Counted from the first letter of the stretch, positions 1-14,230 are shown. The stretch: 64,000 nt of DNA from Eledone cirrhosa (GCA_964016885.1 OZ024740.1:210180001-210244000), one strand, 5' to 3'. The notes: generated by a model from the letters alone, not told the origin. Program-made: numbers and translations.

Positions 1-634
1 CGGATATTAAAATATTTCAAATTTGTTTTTATAGAAAGCCAGTCATTTTATAAATAGACTACAGCTTCGTTTGCAAATTTTAACCCTCTTTACTACACAT
101 TTGTTTTCTTTCAGTTATAAATGAATGTATTTTTTTTTACAATTGCGAAATAAACGAAACTAACGCTTCTGCAATGTAGTTTATCAAAATTAATCTTAAT
201 TTTGTTTTTATAATGTGCCTGCTTTCCATAAATTCTTTGGTGAAACATTGGCACTAAGTTTGTTGAATAGAATAATACATTTTAATCAAGATGGTTGTTG
301 TCATATAAAAAATATTCTTCTACTGTAAAAATAAATAGCAAATTATTATATTAAAGTGCTAATAATAGATTACGTGTGGTGTAAATTGTCGGTCAGGTTG
401 TGGAAAGGGGTAAGAGTGTGTGTGCAATAGAAAGCGGGAGAGAGAGAGAGCGAGAGAGGGGGAGAGGGGGAGAGGGAGAGAGAGACCGTGTGTGTGTGTG
501 TCTGTGTGTGCCTGTGTGTTTATGTGGAGGGGTCGATATTTTGTTTTTTAAACCTACGCTGTACGAAAGATATTGCTTATTGTCACATAAATTAGTAAAA
601 TATTTCATTAGAGGAGTTTCAATTATTTATTAAT

Positions 635-720
<86 letters not shown>

Positions 721-733
721 TCATTTTATTATA

Positions 734-900
734 TGGAGTTTCGCCTGTTTATCTCCAGGTGAAACTCCAGAGTAACTCACTATTTAGCATTAATAAAAAT
801 GAATATTAAAACTCTACTTCGGTATTGAGTACTCCTTGTCTCAGTCGAGCACTCTGTTGAATAATGGTCTATCTAGTTGAACACTGGTTTAATCCTGATA
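734..900 (+). repeat. Short PLE-terminus-like fragment with the 3' half of a hammerhead, between (TA)n tracts
   Basis: gcctg-tttatctc-caggt (stem II), then GAAA-ctc-ca-gag-TA-actca. Where CUGANGA should lie there is ggagtttc, the reverse complement of gaaactcc. Confidence 0.5.
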
Positions 901-1734
901 TATATATATATAACACTCAAAATTCCATATTGATCTTTACTACTTGGTGGTTATTTCTAATTAAACCATAGAATGTCCAGGGCCTTAGCTAGATTTGAAT
1001 GAATGCGTCTCAGATGGCGTCTCAGAAAACAATTAGTGGAAATCTTATTGTTTTTCTTTTGCACCGGCATTGTTACGCACCCACGAATGCTAAAACACCT
1101 TATTTGTGTGAAATTCCTCAGAGCTAGTTGAGTAGGATTAGCTAATACGAGCATATGTAGTAAACTTACTAAAATACAGATTTACCAGATGCCTTATAAA
1201 TTAGATTAAATGTAATTTTGCTGAGGTGACTTACGTACATTCACCTAGTTCTAAATAATATCCTCTTTATAAATTGGGTGTTACTAAGAAATATATTTAT
1301 AACAGAACTGGTTGGTTGATAATACTGGACTGTTTGTTTCTATACTGCAAATATAGAGTAAGTCATGTATTTCAAACACTTATCAATGGGTCGGATGTCT
1401 GTAAGGTGGATAAAGGAAATATTATAGAATAGTCTGTCTATCGGGATATGAATGTTTAAATGTTAACACATGTTTACAATTTCCATGGAATTTCCTGAAG
1501 TTTTTGTTAATGAATAATGATTAATGTATACAAGCTGTGAAGGAGTGTGTACTTGTGAGTGGGTCATCTCTATTTGTGAGAGTGTAAATAATAAATGCTT
1601 TATGAAAATGTATTTTTATAAGATCTACGTATTGTTTGCCACATCAGCGTTGTTCGTTACGAGAACTTTCTAGAATTTATAAAGTTAAGTAGAACTGTTA
1701 TAAATTACATGCATTATTGGTAGAGGATATAGAC

Positions 1735-2175
1735 CGTGAATTGATGGAATCGGTAAAGAATCGGCTCAAATGCTTTATACCACATAGTTCTGGCCCTTTA
1801 AGTTCTGATTTCAAATCCCACCGAAACTAACTTTGCCTTTCATCTTTCTGGGGTCGATAAAATAAAGAACCAATAACGTGCTGGGGTCGTTATAATCGAC
1901 TTTCCCCTTCCCCTAAATTGATGGCCTTGTGTCTAATTTAGAAATCCTTATTAGTAGGGTGTAGATTGGCGGAATCGTTACAGCGTCGGACAAAATGCTT
2001 TGAACTATTTAGTTGCGGTACTTTACGTTCCGAGTTCAAATCTCGTCGTGATCAGCTTTGCTTTTCATGCTTCCGGGGTAGATAAAATAAAGTATCGGTA
2101 ACGTGTTGGGGGCGGTATAATCGACTTTTCTCTTCCCCTAAATTGATGGCCTTGTGCCTAATTTAGAAAGCCTTT
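1735..2175 (+). mobile_element. Two tandem tRNA-derived SINEs (Meta-domain type)
   Basis: A-box-like tggcggaatcgtta, B-box gagttcaaatc, central tttgcctttcatc..ggggtcgataaaataaagtacc and shared tail ggccttgtgcctaatttagaaa. Confidence 0.75.
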
Positions 2176-2377
2176 TCAGTATGGTATAATTGAATGTAAT
2201 TGTTTATAGTTGATGTTAGAATAATCATGTTAGATCGTGGCGTACAGAATAATCTAGAATATAAATCCTATTTAGAAAAAACAAATGAAATACTATTTTA
2301 ACAGTATTATATTTCTGAGTACTTTACAACATTCTTTTGATTTCATGTTACATACGTATTTATGTTACATGTATGCA

Positions 2378-2566
2378 TGTGGCAGAATCGTTAGAACGTC
2401 GAGCAAATGTTTTGTGATAATTTTTCCGGGTCTTTATGTTCTAAATACAAATTTTGCAGAGGTCAAATTTGTCTTTCATTCTTCCGGGGTTGATAAAATA
2501 CAATATCATATTCAAATCAATTTTCCCCTTACCCTGAAATTGCTGGCATTGGGTCTAAATTAGAAA
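2378..2566 (+). mobile_element. tRNA-derived SINE (Meta-domain type), degraded
   Basis: tggcagaatcgttagaacgtcg head and ctttcattcttccggggttgataaaata core, as at 1735-2175. Confidence 0.65.
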
Positions 2567-2585
2567 TCATATTATATAGAAATCA

Positions 2586-2620
<35 letters not shown>

Positions 2621-2717
2621 GCGTCCACAGTTTTTTTTTTTTTAGTTTCAGAAGATCCCTGAAAGATCCTTTGCTTAAACTTTAATGTTATTTTAATAAA
2701 AAAAAAAAAAAAAAAAA

Positions 2718-2750
<33 letters not shown>

Positions 2751-2754
<4 letters not shown>

Positions 2755-4209
2755 ACAGGGAGAAAGAGACGATTATTAGGAAGAAAAATATATTTTTTTC
2801 CTTTTTTGTTTCTCTCTCTTTTTTCTGGGTTAGAAAATGATTAAAACGAAATGTTTTACTTTGTGTGAAGTGTTAAGGTATTAGTTGATTTATTTATTAT
2901 TTAACAATGGCATTTATTTATCTATTTATATATTTAATAATTGTCTATTACCGGTTTCAGCATTTTTATGCATTATCAAATGCATAAAATGTATTAGTGA
3001 AATGTATTAGAGTGGTGTCGCACATGTTAAACAGAAAGTGCAGAAAGAATAATGTTATTTACAAACAAGCTTTAAGAAGTGAAAAGAAAAAAGAAAAAGG
3101 AAAAAAACGTGCATAATGTAGAGCATAAAAGTCAATGTGGAAGAAAAAATAATGTTATTTACAGGCATAGTTATTGAAGTTAAGCAGATCAAAATGTGTT
3201 AATATAGCAAGAGTGGTTAGTTGAACCATGATTCCATGATGGAGGCAAATGGTGGACTGTGGTTTGATATGATTTCCCTTTTTAGAGAGTTAATATGCAG
3301 GGGGAAGCAATTCTTGCTGGATGATATTTAATTTATTTTAAGAAAAAGGATTAGGTAGGGTGTGAGGGAGGTAACACTTGTAAATGTTTGATTGTTTGTT
3401 GCAGTTTTAGATTGGTGCGATTTTTAGAGCATTAAGTAGAGGTTGGAATTTGTTAATGAAATATGTTTCCTTATTGGTACGTTGGATGAAAGTAGCGTTG
3501 TCTATGAATTTGTAAATGGGGAAAATTTTAAAGTTTGGATGTTGGTTGTGAGCACAATTGGCGATATGTTCACTAAATGCAATCTTTCTGTATTCCTGTA
3601 TTTTAATTTGTGATGATTTATGGACGGTCATACGTTGACGGAGGCTGTTTTTTGTCTGTCCTATGTAGTGCTCTTGACAACCTGAGCATGTCAAAACATA
3701 GATTAGGTTTTCAGATACACATGTAAAGTTGTGTTTAACTGTGAAACGCTGTCCTTGTTTAAAATGGAATGTTGAACCTTCTATTAGATTTATGCATATG
3801 CCACAGTTGGGCCTTCCGCATTTTGTTACTGTAGGGTTCATTGTGAGGATTTGTTGGATTTTGGCTTGTGTGAGGATGTTTTTTATGGATTTAGGTTGTC
3901 TTTTGCTCTTTATGATGTTGTGTGTTTGGAGGATTTTGTTCATTCTTGGGTCTCTTTTTAGTAAAGGAATGTACTGGAGGATGGTGTCGAATGCTGAGGG
4001 GGTTGTGTGTGGAGAGTATGGTAGAGTTTTTTGTTGCGGTTCATTCCTGGGTTTGGGGTGTCTGAGTTCCTGGATGTCTAGTTTTAGGGCACGTTGGAAT
4101 CCATTGGTGATTAGGGATGGTGGGTAGTTTCTGCTGATAAGTGTGTTTTTTAATTCTTCTAGTCATGTGTAGCTTGTGTATTTATCTGAAACTATTGTGC
4201 AGATCCTTC
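2751..4209 (-). mobile_element. 5'-truncated PLE, probably Neptune-like: RT C-terminus, GIY-YIG endonuclease, 3' UTR
   Basis: ORF 3407-3943 has a Cys linker (KCGRPNCGIC), then NLIYVLTCSGCQEHYIGQT..LRQRMTVH and E..FINKFQPLLN. The same frame continues upstream (RNYPPSLI). Flanked by (TA)n. Decayed HHR-like motif (ttgataa..gaaaccggta) at about 2943-2985. Confidence 0.85.
3407..3943 (-). pseudogene. PLE GIY-YIG endonuclease domain (truncated pol)
   Basis: LIY-x-YIG signature with PLE-type Cys/His residues. Confidence 0.85.
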
Positions 4210-4300
4210 TATATATATATATATACATAGTAGTAATAATAAACCCGCAGGTTTTTAGGGTGAAAGCAGAAATTGTTTGCTTAAACTTTTAATCTGTTTT

Positions 4301-4397
<97 letters not shown>

Positions 4398-4634
4398 TAT
4401 ACATAGTATGTATGTATATATATGTATAATAATGCACTGGGTAATTGCTGGCCTTGTGCCTAAAGTAGAAACAATTAATATTAAGGATACTATTTATGGT
4501 TATGTATATACTAAAACTTCTTATAGTTATGTATATTTTAAACCCTAAACAGTGAAGGTCAGTAATTTATTACTACCTTATTATCAGTAAGATAATGTAT
4601 ATATATATATCTATATGTATATATATATATATTA

Positions 4635-4700
<66 letters not shown>

Positions 4701-4955
4701 ATATGTATATATATATATATATATATTATTAAAACATTAAAAGTTTAAGCAAACAATTTCTGCTTTCACCCTAAAACCCTGCGGGTTTATTATTACTACT
4801 ATGTATATATATTTATTTATTATAAGAACAGATTAATGTTTAAGCAAAGAATCGGTGCTTTCACACTTAACGGTATCTTCTGAAACTAAAAAAAATCAAT
4901 ATGTGGACGCATATATATATATATGTATGTATATATATATATATACGTATGTATT

Positions 4956-5778
<823 letters not shown>

Positions 5779-7389
5779 TATATATATATATATAATTATG
5801 ATATGGGGATAACCTTCTAGGGATGTGCAGACCGCATTTTAGTCGGTCGGTTGTGGTGCAGATTTGATGAAAGGTTAGAGATCATTCATCAAATAAGGAT
5901 GTATTCGATAAAAACGCGCCCTTTTATAACGAAGCTTTAGCTAGAAGCGGCCACAAAAAATAAATTAATATACATACCTTGCACCAATAATATTTCAAAC
6001 ATACAACCTAATATTACCAACAAACACCAAATGAAAAACCCACACCTAAATGCCACTCATACTACACCTAAAAACACCAACCTAAAACTTAATTTCTCTA
6101 CCTTTTCTTACATAAAATATAATAATTTTCAAAAAACCATTCATCCTAATACTCCAACATATGTTTACAACATTACTAACAAAATTCCTAATAATCAGAC
6201 TAAAACACCTAAATCAGTTAATCTAACTAAACCTATATATAATAAATTCACTATACTAACTCTCGTAGTAAACCTCCTGATATTTAATCTACAAATTAAA
6301 GACAATATCCCTAAAAAATTCTTTGCTATCCTAGAGAAAAATTTCCCACCAAACCATAAATACCATCAAATTTTAAATAGATCTACAGTCAAATTTTCCT
6401 ACCCCACTACCAAAAATATACAACAGAATGTAAGTGCGTACAACGCATATAAGTGTAAAAAAAACATAAATATACCACCAACACATCAAACCAACCATAA
6501 TAATACTAAAATAAACCATAACAAACCACCATCTCCTTCACCTATAATAAGTCCTGTAAATTCCACACCAAATTTAACTAACTCCCCTGATATAATATTC
6601 ACAAATGGTTGTAACTGTTGAATCAAAAGAAATTGCCCATTAAAGGGAAATTGTCTTATTAATAACATAGTCTATAAATGTAAAGTTAGCACTAAGGACT
6701 CCACTTATTCATATATAGGAGCTACGTCTAACCAATTTAAAGTAAGATTTAATAACCACAAACATAGTTTTAAAAATGCCGCATTAGCTAATACAACATC
6801 CTTGGCTGAAACAATTAATAATTATAGAAAGAAGAATATCGATTACAACCTGACCTGGAGCGTTCTCAAAAGGGCCACCCCTTATCAAAATAGCAGATAC
6901 GAGTGTAGGTTATGCTCCCAAGAACTTTTTGAAATCATGAAATCTAAGGATATCCTATTAAATAAGCGACAGGAATTAAATATATCTTGCAATCATAGAA
7001 TTAGAAGAAACTTCAAATATTATAAACCTAATTAATATACACCTTAGACTTATATTTTACAAATTATTATAATTGTTTTTTTTAATTTAGTTAACCTATA
7101 ATTAGTATTTTACTACAGAGAACTTCATATTTTTATTTCCCTCTTACAGCTCTCTTTTCCTAAAATTATTTTTAACCACACTTCTTCATTTATTCACATC
7201 CTCTATTTATCACATTTAATACTTATGATTATTAGATATAATTAATATCTTTAATATCATCAATGTCCGTATAGATACAATACTCTTTATAAATAAAAAA
7301 TAAAATTTTTTTTTTATCTACTTCAATTTTTCCATATATTTATCTTTTATTTTTATTGCTTTAATTTCTTACTTCTTTATTTATTATAT

Positions 7390-7752
7390 TCATATGAATT
7401 AATATAATTTTATCCCTGTAAGTATACCTATAAATTAATTTAATTTCCTGTTATGTATTTAGATACCTTGTAGTTTAAATAAGATTGGTATTTCTCACTA
7501 ATACCCTTATCCCAACATTTTATTTTCCTTCGTTTTTAACAACACTCTTTAATAACATCAAGTTTTTATTTATCACATTCATATGAATTAATATAACTTT
7601 TTCCCTGTAAGTATACCTATCAATTAATTTAATTTCTTGTTATATATCTAGATTCCTTGTGGTTTAAATAAGATACGTATTTCCCACTAATACCCTTACC
7701 CTAAAATTTGATTTTCCTTCGTTTTTAACAATATTATTTAATAATATCAAAT
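7390..7752. repeat. About 190-bp tandem duplication in a PLE 3' UTR
   Basis: catatgaattaatataa..ccctgtaagtataccta..ttttccttcgtttttaacaa occurs at about 7390 and about 7580. Confidence 0.8.
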
Positions 7753-7974
7753 TTTCGTGTACCCTTCACTATCTTCTTGACCTGACCTCATTTCATCTCC
7801 ACAGTATTCTTTTCATTCAAAGCATAAGTCTGCACTCCTATACCCCTAGATTTAATTTCTACTACTGTCATTCTATCAACTTGACCTCTAACTCCTTTTC
7901 TATTGGTCAATTCAAAACCTGTTCCCAAACAGACCCTTTATATTAATTCTTTGTTTTTTTCAATAAACACATCT

Positions 7975-8108
7975 CATCATTTCTGAAGACGGCATGTATA
8001 TGTGTAGGTATGTATATTTCCTCTGATAATTTGTAATATTTTTACATAGATCTATATGATATACATACCAACACACATATACATCCCAGAAACGATCGTA
8101 AAATGGTG
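7975..8108 (+). ncRNA. Type I hammerhead ribozyme with about 100-nt stem-loop II
   Basis: Stem I catcattt/aaatggtg; CUGAAGA 7983-7989; stem II arms atgtatatgtgt/acacatatacat and ggtatgtatat/atatacatacc; GAAA 8089-8092; palindromic ACGAUCGU; UA site. The base of stem II has mismatches. Confidence 0.8.
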
Positions 8109-8302
8109 AATTTTTTAATATAAAGAACTTGTTCTTTGTGTTTATTTCATTGTTTTTATTAATTCACCTTGACTCTGTTTTCCTATGATTTTTATCGTAA
8201 ATTTTTGAATGCATCTTTTCTTTTCATGATATCTTCTATATTTGGATTACATTGAGTTCTTCATACGGATTGGACACTACCGTATATTTTGGTAGATTTA
8301 TC

Positions 8303-8343
<41 letters not shown>

Positions 8344-8432
8344 CGTTGATACCCTCTTCCTGCTATTTCAAGCGTTAACCTAATATATCCCTTCCATATA
8401 CTGTACCGATTGTGTTGTTATATCTGTTTACC

Positions 8433-8500
<68 letters not shown>

Positions 8501-8526
8501 GTGTGTGTGTGTGTGTGTATATATAC

Positions 8527-8938
8527 TTCGTTTTTCAATTTGTTTTGCAAGATTTTTATCTGAAAACGTGTGTTGAAACATATTGTTATACTTTGGGAGG
8601 GTCATGGTGCCAATAAAAACACACGCACCTGTTCATTTTCATTTCAATTTATTATAACTTTCCAGTTGGCTGGCTGGTTCGATAACCGGAAGGTTGTTTA
8701 TATATTGTCAAAGCTGAACAAGATGGTGTGGGACAGAACAAAGGAGAGACACAAAATAAAAAAACCTACTCACTGAGGAGGTCACAGAATTTGGTGATGA
8801 AAGAGCTTTGACAATATATAAACAACCTTTCGGTTATCGAACCAACCAGCCAACCGGAAATTTATAATAAATTGAAGTGAAAACCAACGGGTGCGTGTGT
8901 TTTTATTGGCAACATGACCCTCCCAAAGTATAACAATA
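8527..8938. mobile_element. Inverted pair of pseudo-LTR fragments of a PLE related to the 14-21 kb element
   Basis: 8527-8715 (-) and about 8716-8938 (+) both match gtgcgtgtgtt..ttattggcaacatg.ccctcccaaagtataacaat at 21320-21368. Confidence 0.85.
8768..8813 (+). ncRNA. Degenerate minimal hammerhead, homolog of 21164-21208
   Basis: tca-CUGAGGA-g-gtcac-agaatttg-gtgat-GAAA-gagc-UU-tga. Confidence 0.65.
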
Positions 8939-8952
8939 TATATATATATATA

Positions 8953-9200
8953 TCAAGGGCGGGTAAAATTCCCGAGATCCATGGACGAGTTCTCTCCAGC
9001 GGTCTCTGTCCCTCATTATCGCTGCCATGTCCTGCATCTCCAACAGACCAGTGTCTGTCCTTAGGGTATTAACATACGTTAACCTTGGTCTTCCTCTTCC
9101 AGTGTGTCCATGTAGGGGCTCCCACAGGAGCACCGAGTGCAATGTCAACTCTGGATGTCGGTGGGCATGTCCAGCTAACCTCAGTCTCCTCTGTGTCACT
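8953..9200 (-). mobile_element. RTE-clade LINE 3' fragment
   Basis: RRLRLAGHAHRH..VLLWEP.HG..GRGRPRLTYVNTL..D....MRDRDRWR is a typical RTE ORF C-terminus; ends in (TA)n. Confidence 0.85.
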
Positions 9201-9212
9201 ATAGTATATATA

Positions 9213-9868
9213 TACTATAAAGCTGACGGCCGTATGTAAGTAACAAACTTTCCGCCAAGCGGCTGGATAAAACGGCACCAAATTTGCACCATAGATGTAA
9301 CTTTTTCCAAGTAAGAAAGTGAGGGTATTTTCGTCTACTGAATTTTGTTAAAAGATTAAAGACATTATTTAAATATTCACTTCTTTAACATTTTCAAATG
9401 TCAACACTTCCGGTTATACGACATTCCTAACGTCTTCACGAACCAAAGTATCATCTTCCTGTTTTCTTTCGGTTGCAACGTTTTTCGAAATATTTACGTC
9501 TGCGTTCACAGATTGTTTTTTTTTAGTTTCAGAGATACCGTTAAGCAGCGATTCTTTGCTTAAACTTTAATCTGTTATTTTAATATATATATATAATTAT
9601 ATATTCGTGTACAGATATTTTTGCATACACAAAAACAAAATATAAACAAACGTATTTATTTCACGAAATCACAGACGGCTTATCGTCATTGTTACTGCCG
9701 AGATGTCACCCAAAAAGTCCCAGCCTGGCCGCAAGATCAGATTTTCCAGAAGAAAAAATGTTACAACAAACGTATTTATTTCCCGAAAGCACAGACGGCT
9801 TATCGTCATTGTTACTGCCGATATGCCACCCAAAAAGTCCCAGCCTGGCCGCAAGATTAGCATTAGTA
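9213..9868 (+). mobile_element. Helitron-like non-autonomous fragment with an internal 120-bp tandem duplication (about 9645-9857)
   Basis: Head tataaagctgacggcc also occurs at 30278; shares internal modules with other copies; aacaaacgtatttatttc..cagcctggccgcaagat is duplicated. Confidence 0.55.
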
Positions 9869-9899
9869 TATATTTTTTTCGGGACTCAGAATTATTATC

Positions 9900-10673
9900 T
9901 CGTACTAGTTCACTTTGCTGCACTGGGTGGTTGCTGGCATTGTGCCCGGGATAGAAACCTTTATTATTTATTTCGTGGTAGTCTCTTTAGTATTTTGGCC
10001 CCTTTTGTTGACCCGTCACCGTATCATTTACGTACTTATACCTCTTAAAAGGGTCCTTGCCTATTCCATCCCACCTAGTTCTTTTACTTATTTCGTTATT
10101 TCTTTATTTCTTTCTTCACTTCTTTCTTTCTTTCTTTCTTTATTTATTTATTCTAGCCTAACAATAGCTAGAGACCTAGGTCGTAGAACTTGCTTTACTT
10201 TTTTCTTTACACTTATTCGCTTTTCTTCACTCTCAGTATTTTTTCTTTCATATATATTTTTACCCCCATTGTTCTACCTACCGTTCCGACTTCCTCCCCC
10301 TCCCCCTCCCCAGTATCTTCTTTGACCTCATGCCCAGCTGTAGCTGGCACTACCAACGCTTGATTGGGTCTACTCCACCCCCTCCCCTCTTTCTCCTACT
10401 GGCAGGTTTAGCCACCATCTCCCCTACTAATTTGCAATCACAGAATTACTACTGATTTTTGACAATCACTTTGACCATATATGGAATTACCCCTTGAGAA
10501 GATCGGCTATTTAAATACCAGGATAAATTTTCATTTAGTCCAGAATTAGCCGTCGAAACGGCTCGAGCTCAGCTGTCGGGGTCTTACTGGTTCCTATTAC
10601 CCACTCTACTACCCCAAGTATTGAGTACTTTGGTGCGTTATGGTCCACCTGGTTCCTTACCACATTTCCTTCG
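9900..10673 (+). repeat. Non-coding repeat, probable PLE 3' UTR/pseudo-LTR, with hammerhead-like motif
   Basis: The 3' about 130 bp are shared with 53776-53908; HHR-like fold at 10489-10582; ends in (TA)n. Confidence 0.55.
10489..10582 (+). ncRNA. Hammerhead-like motif with variant core
   Basis: Stem I acccc/ggggt; UUGAGAA instead of CUGANGA; stem II gatcggcta/tagccgtc; GAAA; long stem III cggctcgagctcagctg; GUC site. Confidence 0.55.
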
Positions 10674-10702
10674 TTATATATATATATATATATATAGAAA
10701 AA

Positions 10703-11379
<677 letters not shown>

Positions 11380-11664
11380 GAAAACGCTTTAATAAAAAAA
11401 AATATCAACTGTAATCTTGATATTGTATTTATGTGTTTATATGAGCGGGGATATGCAAGTAAATCTTACTTTGTGGACAGCTGCCCTTTAGCATAATATT
11501 CATGCTAGAACACCATATATTTGAAAGTTTTCAGGGAGTTGAATTTCTGATCTTGGATCGGCAGCTTTAGCTTTGAAAAAATTGAAATATGCAGTGTAAA
11601 CATTTTTTATTATTCCTCTGGGGATGAATCTTCTCTGCCTTTTTCCATCTCTTTCTTTCTCTCT

Positions 11665-11903
11665 GGAAGAAATCAGCCGTAGTAAGACCTAAAAGAATGG
11701 TTAGATACACCATGACGCACCGTGCATCACGGTGGAGTTGAAAAGCAGACTCAGAACATGGCGTTGTATGGGGGTGGCTCGCAGCCCAGGAAGAAGAAGA
11801 AGAAGAAGAAGAAGAAGAAGAAGAAGAAGAAGAAGAAGAAGAAGAAGAAGAAGAAGAAGAAGAAGAAGAAGAAGAAGAAGAAGAAGAAGAAGAAGAAGAA
11901 GAA
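11665..11903 (+). mobile_element. Probable RTE-type LINE 3' end with (GAA)n tail
   Basis: Decayed GRPK..W.D / DR..WR-like sequence ending gctcgcagcccag, then a pure (GAA)n of about 115 bp. Confidence 0.4.
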
Positions 11904-12017
11904 GGTGTGAGTTGGAGTTCTATCAAATATGTAGGTTGTGTCTTAAATTGAAGGTTTAGTAGAAACAATTCATGCATAGTTTTGTACTTTTCTTTTTGTC
12001 ATTCATATATAAACAAA

Positions 12018-13031
12018 TCTACTATATAAATTGGAAGTGGTCGGATAAACGTCGAAACGGCTTGGTGGAATGCAGCGAAAATTTACACAGTTATGCAGAA
12101 TGACCCGAAGAGGCGTTGGGTCGAAATTCAAGCTACAAGCTTCCATGGTTACAGAGAAAATCGATGAAACAGGAATTTCCCATTCAAATTAAACTGAGAG
12201 TAACCTGTGAACGCAGAAGTAAATATTTCGAGAAACGTTGCAACCGAACGAAAACAGGAAGACGATATTTTGGTTTGTGAAGACGTTCCCTGGTAATGAA
12301 CGGGAAAAAAGCGAGGATAATACGTCGTTATGTGGAGCGTCAAGAACAATTTCATGCAAAGACAAGACCAAGTTTATGGTATAAATGGAGTCGTTAGACT
12401 AATATTCTATTTAAAATAACAGAATGATTTCCAGCCCCGGAGTTTAAGAATGATGGAAATAAAATTGAAAACGAAAATGACAAAGGTTATTAAAATAGTA
12501 AAAGTAAATAGTGAAGATTTAGGCCAGTACATACGTATGCCCCGACAGACATACACATACATACGCACACACAAATACATACCCCCCCCCCCATACACAC
12601 ACACGAACGCACGCGCGTATGTGTAAACCTTATGCATTTCTACAGTATTTTCACCAAACTTAAGACTTATGTACTCCGGATGGTCATGGGCACTGTCATT
12701 TTTCCAGATATTGATTATAGGGCCTCCCGGCAGATAAGCTCCTTTAACCTCTTCCTTGGAGTCGACTGAAGTACTGCAGTGCAATGCAACAAAACGTCAT
12801 AACTTCTGGAGTTCGCAACCGATTTTCACAAAACTTGACACATGGGCTACGTTTGTCCTACAGATGAATGTGAACTCTCAGAATTGGCACATATGGGTAG
12901 GGGACCCCTGGGGGCAGGAACCCTCTTTTGGAAAAAGCCGATGATTTTGTAAAAGTATAGTTTTCGAAGCAGCATTGAAGTATTGACATAAATGGTATAC
13001 ACAACTGCTATTTAATATCCTATGTTACTAG
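12018..13031 (+). mobile_element. Helitron-like non-autonomous element
   Basis: Starts TC (tctactatataaa) after an A and ends CTAG before a T, the Helitron A/T junction. Internal modules are shared with 25.6-25.8 kb. Confidence 0.6.
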
Positions 13032-13282
13032 TATATATATATGACAGCGATGATACGTACACACTGACCCACCACGCCCTCCCCCATTACTCTAGCATAG
13101 AAGAACTGCCTCGAACTTTATTTGACCGCAGCTATTCCGCGCGCACATGCGCCCGATAGGGTATTTCAGTTGTACGCACACGGTAAACAGCGGAGGCCAA
13201 GTGTTGTCCCTCTCCAACATAACTTTTTCCCATCGAAAAACCCCCTGTTGATGGATGCGAAATCCGAAATATATGGCGTTGG

Positions 13283-13465
13283 ATTGGCAGTATCGGTAGA
13301 AGGTCGGACGCCATGCTTTGACGCATAGAGTTACGGCCCTTGCCATTGTGAGTTCAAATCCCGCCGAGGTTAACTTTGCCTTTCATCCTTACGGGGTCGA
13401 TAAAATAAAGTTCCAGTAATGCGCTGGGTAATTGCTGGCCTTGTGCCCAAAAGTAGAAACAGTTA
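13283..13465 (+). mobile_element. tRNA-derived SINE (young Meta-domain subfamily)
   Basis: ttggcagtatcggtaga..gagttcaaatcccgccgaggttaactttgcctttcatccttacggggtcgataaaataaag; near-identical to 26407-26590. Confidence 0.85.
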
Positions 13466-13496
13466 TTATTTTTTACTCTTTTCCTACGTTCCTACG

Positions 13497-13737
13497 AAAA
13501 AAAGATGAAATCGAAAATGCAACTGGAGTCTTATTTTTTTAAAAATATATATATTTATTTGGTTCCTTTACCGGTTTCGCAGTTCTTCTCCTTTTCCTGA
13601 GAAAAACCACAGACCCTCCATCTCAACTCTACTTTTGAAAAGCAGAAGAACTGCGAAACCGGTAAAGGAACCAAATAAATATATATATTTAAAAAAAAAT
13701 AAGACTCCAGTTGCATTTTCGATTTCATCTTTTTTTC

Positions 13738-13768
<31 letters not shown>

Positions 13769-13958
13769 ATATAAAAAATCTACAAACTGGTTGTTTGCGG
13801 TCACAGCTAAGTCTTCATGCGATATATTCAGAATATTTCACATAATTAAGAGGAGTTATAGAGAGAAGAATATGCAACGAAAACAACAACCATGTTTTTC
13901 CTGACAAGATGATCAGTGTTAATGGTATTACTTATAATTGGTTTTCTTAGTTTCAGAG

Positions 13959-14002
<44 letters not shown>

Positions 14003-14230
14003 AAAAAGGGATGAAATCGAAAATGCAACTGAAGTCTTATTTTTTAAAAAAATATATATATTTATTTGGTTCCTTTACCGGTTTCGCAGTTCTTCTGCTT
14101 TTCAAAAGGTGAGTTGAGATGGAGGGTCTGTGGTTTTTCTCACATCTGTGACCGGAACCCGGTCATTGAAATGATCATAGTATAATAAACCTTTCAAGGA
14201 TTTACACAAATCCAGCCTCCTGTCATTTCA
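13497..14230. repeat. Fold-back element (arms about 13497-13596 and 13637-13738) plus a third copy at about 14003-14230; carries a hammerhead 3' half
   Basis: About 100-bp inverted arms; gaactgc-GAAA-ccgg-TA-aaggaa with palindromic accggt. Confidence 0.7.

Larger units (their letters stand above)
5803..8305 (+). mobile_element. Decayed 5'-truncated PLE (Hydra-clade-like endonuclease) with long 3' UTR and hammerhead
   Basis: One frame across 6031-7035 reads NFPPNHKYHQILNRSTVKFSY..CNC*IKRNCPLKGNCLINNIVYKC..SYIGATSNQFKVRFNNHKHSF..CRLCSQE..LLNKRQELNISCNH, with an in-frame TGA at 6619-6621. Clade label is from motif memory only. Confidence 0.75.

Noticed and set aside
950-1700. Very old PLE RT relic on the minus strand
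   Set aside because: Only a YVD-like trace in broken frames; too weak to call.
6619-6621. In-frame TGA beside cysteines in a PLE as possible selenocysteine (as in Naiad PLEs)
   Set aside because: The position fits Arg in a CNCR motif (CGA to TGA decay), the copy is otherwise degraded, the endonuclease is C-terminal, and no SECIS was identified.
11567-11977. Poly-Ser, poly-Lys and poly-Arg ORFs
   Set aside because: Translations of a pure (GAA)n tract.
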